Of a DNA stretch of 64,000 nt, positions 56,235 to 64,000 are shown piece after piece (the stretch's first letter is position 1; every line of letters starts with the position of its first letter). The position numbers and the translations under genes were made by a program. The DNA lies in the NCBI GenBank assembly GCA_964016885.1, contig OZ024743.1, positions 152,272,001-152,336,000 on the forward strand. The letters run 5' to 3'. Origin of the DNA: Eledone cirrhosa. Taxonomy: Eukaryota. A model generated the notes under the pieces. It ran no database searches and was not told where the DNA came from. It worked only from the letters and a program-made list of their open reading frames with translations.

Positions 56235-58153
56235 ATCATCATTATCATTGTTGTTTAATGTCTGTTTTCCCTGCTAGTAAGGGTTGGACGGGTCTACATG
56301 AACCAAGTCAGTAGTGAAGCAGATCTGCATCTCACTAATTAATAAGTGCACAGGAGAGGTTGTCATATCTCTGGCACAACTAAGGGTCCTATTAACCCTT
56401 GTTTGGCAAGCTTTCTATTGCTGGATGCCCTGCTTATCACCAACCCCTTAAATAGGTTGCCTCACCATGGCATGACTGATGACTCCTCTTGTCCACTGCA
56501 TGGTTTCTACAATGGGTGGGGGTGGGACGATAGGAGGGGGATAAGTGTGAAGTTATGGCAAGTGTGGCATGATTTGAGAGGGTGATGAGGGGGAAACAGA
56601 ATGCAATGATGAGAACATTGAAGTGGTGTGGTTGGGAGTGGCACACATCAGTGTCAAGCTGGGGTACTGTAGTGATGAAGGGAGTGTAGCTAAGGAGTGA
56701 TCGTGGAGGCGGAATGATTAGGGTGCAGAGAGTAGCTAAGGAATGAATACAGGATGGAGCATGGAGGGAGTGGAGGGTGTAGTGATGATGAGGATAGTTG
56801 CTAGGGGAGGGAGCATGAAGGGAGTGGAGGGTGTAGTGATGATGAGGATAGTTGCTAGGGGAGGGAGCATGGAGGGAGTGGAGGGTGTAGTGATGATGAT
56901 GATAGTTGCTAGGGGAGGGGGAATGTGTGTGGTGCATAAGTGTGAGAAAGCTGCTAGGGACTGCTAGTGGAAAGGAGTAATGGTGATAAATCAAGCCCCA
57001 TTGTATGCTGTTGGCTAGGTATTTACCAGCACAGCATAGTTCTACCCCTTGCAATCCTTTGTCATTTCTGTTGTGAGGTTTAATCTTTTAAGGCCTGTCT
57101 TCATAACCTCATCTAATGACATCCTGGGTCTACCTCTTCCATGGGTCCCACATACTGGGGTTTCTCTGCATTTTTAATGCAGCTGCTCTCTTCCATATGG
57201 ATCACATGTTCATGCCAATGCAGTTGTCTCTCTTGTACACTACATCCAATTCCTCTTATGCCAAGTTTTTCCACCAGTTTGCTTATGTTATGCAGCTCAT
57301 GTACACTAACATTACACATCCATTGGAGCATACTTGATTCATTTCTTCCTAGCCTCTGCAGGTATTCTATAGTTAAGGCCAATGTTTCACTGCCATGTAG
57401 CACTGTCGTTTGCACACAGGCATCACACAGTTAATCCTTCTCTCTGAAAGAAAAGCCCTTTGTTGTCATTAAACTACTTCCAGCCTGTTCTTATCCTATC
57501 TATCACACATTTGGTGCATCCTCCATTACTGCTAATTTGATCCCCTCAGTAACAAAATCTGTCAACTATTCTAAGGGGCCTCCATAGCAATTGACGGAAT
57601 CTAGTTCATGTGTGCTTATAGTGTTTATTTCTCTTATGCATCTGCCACATATAAAATCGCTATTTTACTTTAGCTTGTCTGTAATCTCTGTGCATCCATA
57701 AATTACACTGTAGGCATCTTATGGAATTATGGCCCACCCCTTCCTGACATATCAAACAAGACCACTTCCCTGATGATATCACCCTCCTGTCTTCTTTCCT
57801 ACTTATTAAAAATGTTCTCTTTGCTAAGTTTACTTTCAGGTCTTTCAACTCAAGGTGCTTTTTCCATGCTTGAAATTTTGCCTCTAACTCTCGTATGGAT
57901 TCAGCTATGAAGATTAGGTCATCAGTATATAGAAGCTCCTGATTGATAGCTGACTGGTGTCCTGAAGTTAATGTTTACATTACAAAACTCAAGAGCATAA
58001 ATCCTTTTTCATTTATGATACCATAGTTGTAGCCTCCAAGTACACCAGGAAATTCATCATGGTGGTCCCCAACATGTCTATTGAAGTCGCCAGCTGCAAT
58101 TATGAGATTAGGTAGCCATTGAGTAGCCTGCAGGAGGACCTCATAGAAGTGGT
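56235..58153 (-). mobile_element. Internally deleted RTE LINE (endonuclease, RT, 3' end); continues at 62796-62815
   Basis: Endonuclease FYEVLLQ...IIAAGDFNRHVG...GVLGGYNYG (57990-58150); RT LLYTDDL and LKVNLAK...C..C...C..C..WMH; VLHGSET...LHWHEHV (57113-57415); tail homologue at 56235-56445. Confidence 0.88.
56756..56918. repeat. G-rich minisatellite, 3 x 54 bp
   Basis: Unit GGAGCATGGAGGGAGTGGAGGGTGTAGTGATGATGAGGATAGTTGCTAGGGGAG at 56756, 56810 and 56864. Confidence 0.95.
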
Positions 58154-58409
58154 TTTAGTGAGTTGGTCACAGGGTTATTTACTTCAGTAAACACCACTGC
58201 GTGCCAACCACTAATTTAATTAGATAACAGATATAGAAAAACTTTTGTGTATTTTCGCTCGTGTGTGGTCAGCTCAAGAGCCTGTTGCCGAAAAGACAGA
58301 TTGCTCTTTGCTCCCTCCTTTATAATTCCTAGAACGGAAGTTCAAGGAATACTCTAGAATTCTATGGGAAGTAACTCTAGCTACTTCCCTTTGTCTAGAG
58401 AGCGCTTCA
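58154..58409 (-). repeat. 3' LTR
   Basis: 256 bp with about 16 differences from 62537-62791 by manual alignment; preceded on the minus strand by the PPT. Confidence 0.95.
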
Positions 58410-58412
58410 AGA

Positions 58413-58422
58413 CTCCCCTCTC
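58413..58422 (-). other. Polypurine tract
   Basis: Minus strand GAGAGGGGAG, 3 nt before the 3' LTR. Confidence 0.85.
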
Positions 58423-58719
58423 AGACGAGAAGTCGCATAACCAACCGAAAGTCATTGTAGCAAGAACCCGTAAGAAATGAGAAGCAAAGCAAAAGTACAA
58501 GAAAGTGCATGAATAAAACATGAGCTCGCAACTGAAGCAAACAGCAAAAAGGTACAAAACAAGTAAATGCATTTTACAAAGAATAAAGTTTTTGCTGCAC
58601 AAGGATGATGCAGAAAAAGTGTAAATGTCACAAAACTGATAATTCAAAGGTAACATAAAGGAGCAGAGAAAAATTAATGCTCAATGGTTAGATCAAAGTT
58701 TCCCAACCTAAAGTCCAAC

Positions 58720-58959
58720 CCCTCCTCAATGTGGCAGGGTGGTGGCAATGAGTAGTGTCAGAGCTATGCCGTTGGGAACTTTGGTTCCTGGTAGGGCCAC
58801 TCAAGGCGGATTGGTCTGGTATCCAGCGGTATTAGGACCGCAACCCGGCAAAAGGAGCTCTGGTGAAAACCCAAGAGGTGTCTGCTCCTGTAACCGGCGA
58901 CTTCAGGTCGTTTCTGTCTCTGTCTCTGCGTCTGTGGAGAAGCTGTGGCAAACAGGACG
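58720..58959 (+). other. RTE 5'-UTR-like segment inside the Gypsy element
   Basis: GAGCTATGCCGTTGGGAACTTTGGTTCCTGGTAGGGCCACTCAAGGCGGATTGGTC resembles, from memory, the conserved RTE/Rex3 5' motif GAGCTATG...CCTGGTAGGGTC.CCCA.GGC...GGTC. Confidence 0.6.
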
Positions 58960-61768
58960 TTTTTTCAAATCGGTTGGCATATACATGCGGGTATTTTGGG
59001 GACCGAGAAGTAAGAACGAATCCTGGTGACATATGATGTTGGATCAAGATGCGATGAATCAACCGGTGCTAGCATTTGACCAGAAAGAGTCAAGGTGGTA
59101 CCGTAAAGAAGTTCAGCTGAGGAGAAACCCAAATCTGTCTTAACGGCAAAACGACAACCAAGAAGCACGATTGGCAAAAATTCGGTCCAACGTTGCGGAT
59201 CAGGAGTAGCATGAAGTGCAGCTTTCAACTGTCTGTGACACCTCTCCACCGTTCCATTGGAGGCTGGGTGATAGCTGGTCGTATGAATGTTATGTGCACC
59301 CAAAAGTCGTGATATTTCACGAAATAAGGAGGCCTCGATCCGTAGTTATTTTAGAAGGAACACCAAATCGAGCAATCCAATTGGAAATGTAAGATCAGGC
59401 AACGGACTCTGCTGTTATGTCCACTAGGGGTATGGCTTCAGGTTAATATATATGTGAACCCACGACTAACGGGCCATGGACCAACAATATCCATGTGAAT
59501 GTGACGGAAACGAGCAGGCTGAATTTACCAAGAGGAGCACGAACATGCCGATGAACTTTGCAGCGCTGACACTGCAAACAAGAACATGCCCCACCGGTGT
59601 TTAAACAACGCATATTAGGCCAGAAAAATCGGGCCATGATGAGCTTCACCATGGCAGCTATGCCGGGATGCAACAAGGAATGAAGTGCATCAAAAATGGG
59701 ATGCTGATGACAATCTGAAACAAGTGGTCTGGGTGAGCCAATAGAAATGTTGCAAAGAATTTTTCCTTCAGCAGACGGAAGAGGTAAATATTCAAATTTA
59801 CAGCAGGAAAACTGGGTAGAAGAAGTTCCCAGATAATCCAAAGAAGGTTGGTCAGTTGCAATGGCAACCAAATCAATATGTGCAGGAGACACAAGGGAGC
59901 ACACAGGGAGTTGAGACAGTGCGTCCGCGGGTACGTTGGCAGCTCCAGCTACATGACGAATGTCACTGGTGTACTGGGAGATGAAATCCAAATGTCGGTA
60001 TGCCCTCGGAGAGTATCTGTCAGACTTGGTTTGAAGAGCGCATGTGAGTGGTTTATGGTCTGTGAATACCGTGAACTCCCGACCTTCAAGAAGATGGTGG
60101 AAGTGTCTCACAGCAAGATGAACTGCTAAAAGCTCTCTGTCAAAAGTACTGTAACGTTGCTCTGCTGGCTTTAGTTGGCTTGAAAAAAACGCCAGTGGTT
60201 GAAACTGGTGGTTGATTGTATGTTACAAGACTGCTCCGACAGCATGGTCGGATGCATGAACAGTTAAGGATAGCCTCGCGTTCACAAAAGGATGAGCCAG
60301 AAAGGAAACTTTAGCTATCTCAGATGGATTCAAAAGATTGCAAAGCATCGGCAAAAGTAATAGGAGCATCTTTCTTTTTTGCAGCCTTTAAAAACTGTGT
60401 CAAGGGAAACAACTTGTCTGCACAGTTAGGAATGAAACGACGATAAAAGTTGATTAATCCTAAGAAATAACGTAATTGTCTCAATGAGGTGGGGGGTGCA
60501 ATTCGCTGAATTGCTTCCACCTTAGATGGCAGAGGTCGAATGCCTTCTGAATCTATCAGATGTCCTAGGAATTCCAGTGAAGCTGTACCAAACACATTTA
60601 GCTGGGTTGATTCTGACTTGGTATGATTGAAGACGTTGAAATAACTGAGATAGATGTTGCTGATGATGTTGATGATGTTCAGCTGTGCCGCTGGCTATTA
60701 GGAGGTCATCCACGTAAGCAAACACGAAATCCAATCCACGCATGACTTCATCGATAAAACATTGGAACGTGCTAGAAGCATTCCGCAAGCCAAAAGGCAT
60801 GGACAGAAATTCAAAAGAACCAAAGGGGGCGGTCACAGCTGTTTTTGGTATGTCCTCTGGATTCATGGGTATTTGATGGTAAGCCCGTACCAGATCTACT
60901 TTAGAAAATATTGTGCATCCGCGTAGAACGGATGAGAAATCCTGTAAATTTGGTAAAGGATAACGATCCGGTGTAGTGATGGCATTAAGTCTTCGGTAAT
61001 ATCCTACCGGTCTAAAATCCGCTTCACCCTTTCGAGCTGTGGAGATGCCCATGGGCTGGTGGACGGTCGTATAAGACCAAGCTGGAGCATGTGCTCAAAC
61101 TCATTTCGTGCTTTTGTTTAGTCTATCCGGAGCCAACCTCCGTGGACGAGAGAAAACAGGTGGACCAGTTGTTGTAATGAAGTGTTGAGTCAAGTGGACT
61201 GCCTGGTAGGTTTAAATGAAATATCCGTTAACTCGGGAAACGAAGTAAGGAGTGCATGAAACTGGTTTCCAGCGGCAGCCACAAAAAATGACGGACTGAC
61301 AGCAGTAGATTTACGAGTAGGCGTAGATAAGGATGTGGTACTATCCAGAAGTTTCTGGTTCCTGACATCTACCAAAAGTGAATAGTGCTGTAAGAGAATA
61401 GGATGAGGTAGGTCGGCAATGACAAAAATCCATTTAAAATCTCGACGCAAAGCTAGGTCCAATGATAAAGATATCTGTCCATAAGTTTTTATAGGAGACT
61501 GGTTTACTGCATACAAAGAAATGCCGGAAAGAGTTGGCTTGGTAGAGTTGAACCGTAAGGGCCAAATACTGCAACTAGATCCTGTGTCCACCATAAATGA
61601 CCTGTTCGAGATTCGGTCTCTGATAAAGAAAGCACGATAAGGTGAATTGTTAAGGGAGAAGTCTGCTGTGTTCATACTCTCCAAACTTAGTTTTTTCGAT
61701 GCTCCAAAAGAGCAGGGCTGAATACAATGTTTCGCCTTTTCACGAAAACGCATGTGATACCAACACAA
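58960..61768 (-). pseudogene. pol: Gypsy pol (protease, RT, RNase H, integrase), frameshifted
   Basis: VDTGS (protease); [15 protein letters not shown]...MPFGLRNA...YVDDLLI (RT); FTVFTDHKPL (RNase H); H..HPG...C..C zinc finger and TTSYHPASNGTVERCHR (integrase). Confidence 0.95.
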
Positions 61769-61769
61769 A

Positions 61770-62447
61770 GACGAGTTGTTAGCGGGGAGGTTGGCGCGAT
61801 GGTGAAAGGAAGAAGAGCGACTTCGTGAACTGTGATGGCATTCGATCTCTACATACTTTAGCTACTTGCCTAGTTAATGTGTCAATGGCTCTCAACATTG
61901 AGTCCTCATGAGGTGAAGCAGGCTGGGTTTTGAAAACAGAAGAAGCGACGATCGAATCTGCCGAGGTAGGTTTCCTATAAAACTACATAATTCTGTCCAT
62001 AGAGGCAGCAATTTGTTCTATCGAACTGGTGTCAACTATATTTGCCAATATGGTTTGCACATTAGTTGGCAAAAGGGAGAAGAATAACTTTTTTACGAAA
62101 GAAATGTCTTCAGGCGCAGCATCACTGAGTTCACGGATACGCCGTGAAAACTCTGTAGGAGTTCTGTCCGCTAGATTTTCAACCTCTAATATGGAACGAA
62201 ATCTACTCACAGACAACCTACTGTTCCTACGCAGTATCTCTGTCTTCAGAGACTCGTAGGAAACGCCTTGTGGAGGTTCTGTGATTATGTCTTTTACTGT
62301 AATTGCTAGCGAAGCGGGAATTCCACTGATTAGCACGTATAATTTTTGCTATTTTTCCTGTACTCCGTTGACCACAAAATACGCATCGAACTGGGTGAAT
62401 TACAATTTGGCATCGCCAGAATACGCTGGTAACGATGTGTTGCTCAT
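61770..62447 (-). pseudogene. gag: Gypsy gag with in-frame stops
   Basis: MSNTSLPAYSGDAKL*FTQFDAYF...VKDIITEPP...YESLKTEILRR...LADRTPTEF; the CWYH..F...A..C..PC knuckle follows at about 61765. Confidence 0.85.
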
Positions 62448-62520
62448 TCTTGTGACACGGTGGATGCCGAGCGAGGAATGCTCATAGACAAAATTTGGTC
62501 GAGAGAAATTATATGTTCAA

Positions 62521-62535
62521 ACGTCTGGGTCACCA
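62521..62535 (-). other. Primer-binding site, tRNA-Trp type
   Basis: Minus strand TGGTGACCCAGACGT, 1 nt from the 5' LTR; complementary with one mismatch to the metazoan tRNA-Trp 3' end ...ACGTCGGGGTCACCA as I recall it. Confidence 0.85.
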
Positions 62536-62536
62536 C

Positions 62537-62791
62537 TTTAGTGAGTTGGTCACAGGGTTATTTACTTCAGTAAATACCACTGCATGCCAACCACTAATTT
62601 AATTAGATAACAGATATAGAAAAACGTTTGTGTATTTTCGTTCGCGTGTGGTCAGCTCAGGAGTCTGTTGCCAAAGAGAAGATTGCTCTTTGCTCCCTCC
62701 TTTATAATTCCTAGAACGGAAGTTCAAGGAATACACTAGAATTCTATGGGAAGTAACTCTAGCTACTTCCATTCGTCTAGAGAGCAATACA
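62537..62791 (-). repeat. 5' LTR
   Basis: 255 bp; begins TGTATTG on the minus strand; direct repeat of 58154-58409. Confidence 0.95.
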
Positions 62792-63228
62792 TGGTCTTTC
62801 TGCTCACCTGCCAGGATACTCTACATTGTAAAATTCACAATAGTAACATTCTAGGCTATGATGAAAAATAGAAATGAGTTAAAGATACAGTAATTCCTAG
62901 CTGTGCTTAGAAGAAGGAGGAGGAGGAGTGAGTTTTAAATGCAATAATAAGTACATCCATATTTCGTTTGGCTGCTAAAATCTAGAAAATAAAATGAAAT
63001 TTTAAATCTAAACTGTTGTTAGCAACATACTTTGGATGGTAAATAATTTCTACTTGTGATTTCACTCACTTAATTCCCCAAAGCTTCGATTAAGTGTGTA
63101 GGTAGCACTGAAATAGCTAAAGTGGCTTATCATTTCAAATAATTTTGAAAATAATCAAAATTCAGAGGGAGTTTCTAATATAATTAATTTTTTTCGATAT
63201 TTAGTGTTTGAAACATAACTAAACAAAT

Positions 63229-63408
63229 TTGGCAGTATCGGTAGAGGGTCGGACACCATGCCTTCCAGCACAGTTTCGTCCCTTTACGATCTGAGTTCAA
63301 ATCCCGCCAAGGTTAAATTTGCCTTTCATCCTTACGGGGTCGATAAAATAAAGTACCAGTATTGCACTGGGTTATTGCTGGCCTTGTGCCTAAAGTAGAA
63401 ACAATTAT
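63229..63408 (+). mobile_element. tRNA-derived SINE, family A, nested in a TTAA-type MITE
   Basis: Same sequence as 15501-15685; the joined flanks resemble 40805-40860. Confidence 0.88.
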
Positions 63409-63641
63409 ATGAATGTATGACGAAAGGTTTTAGATAAATATAATCACTTCAAAGTTAGCAGTTTCAGGCAGTTTGGTGTTAAAAGGATTAAAATTCTTAA
63501 TTGAGTGTTATAGTCAATAGTACTGATATTGGATATCTAACTAAAAATCACTCCAAATTGACAATAGGCCTTACAAAAATCTCACAATAAAATACTTTTT
63601 AATTAAACTAGTTGTGATTGACAACATTTAATAACATTCTG

Positions 63642-63679
<38 letters not shown>

Positions 63680-63780
63680 AAATATATATATATATACATA
63701 TATATTGGTAAACGGAATAGAAAATGGTGACAAATTGTTCACAGTGAAAAATAGTTTAATTAGGAATAAATGAGAATTAG

Positions 63781-64000
63781 TAATTGTATTGGTTAGTATT
63801 CAGTTTTAGTTTTAAGTTTTACCAGTTGCGCATTTCTAAATGCTTTTCAAAAATAATTTTGAGATAGAGCGTCCGTGATGTTTGCTCAGATCAGAGCAAA
63901 CATCACGGACGCTCTATTTCAAAATTATTTTTGAAAAGCATTTAGAAATGCGCAACCGGTAAAACTTAAAACTAAAACTGAATACTAACCAATACAATTA
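63781..64000. repeat. Near-perfect palindrome, arms of at least 110 bp, cut by the window end
   Basis: 63781-63890 is the reverse complement of 63891-64000 with three mismatches; centre GA|TC with no spacer. Confidence 0.97.

Larger units (their letters stand above)
58154..62791 (-). mobile_element. Ty3/Gypsy LTR retrotransposon, structurally complete but disabled
   Basis: Paired LTRs, PBS, PPT and TSD TGGT (58150-58153 and 62792-62795); domain order gag-PR-RT-RH-IN with stops and frameshifts. Confidence 0.97.

Noticed and set aside
56756-56918. CRISPR-like array or His-rich protein gene
   Set aside because: Contiguous tandem units with no spacers, in a eukaryotic retroelement context.

Overview
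AT-rich eukaryotic DNA with no intact host protein-coding gene. The repeat families resemble those I recall from octopod cephalopods; this is inference, not a database result. The window is mostly transposon remains. (1) A structurally complete but disabled 4.6-kb Ty3/Gypsy LTR retrotransposon (58154-62791, minus) has paired LTRs, a tRNA-Trp-type PBS, a PPT and a TGGT target-site duplication, and is inserted into the endonuclease domain of an RTE LINE. (2) There is a second, more decayed Gypsy, several RTE LINE fragments, tRNA-derived SINEs, hAT and piggyBac-type MITEs, a Charlie-type transposase relic and many microsatellites. The most notable unexplained signals are a probable decayed, intronless Cys-loop (nAChR/chemotactile-receptor-like) pseudogene at about 13430-14000, a degenerate Penelope-type hammerhead ribozyme at 12911-13000, recurrent palindromes centred on (TA)n tracts, an RTE 5'-UTR-like structured motif replacing the end of the Gypsy integrase, and a near-perfect 220-bp-or-longer palindrome at the window end. 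All calls are by eye, and coordinates of decayed elements are approximate.
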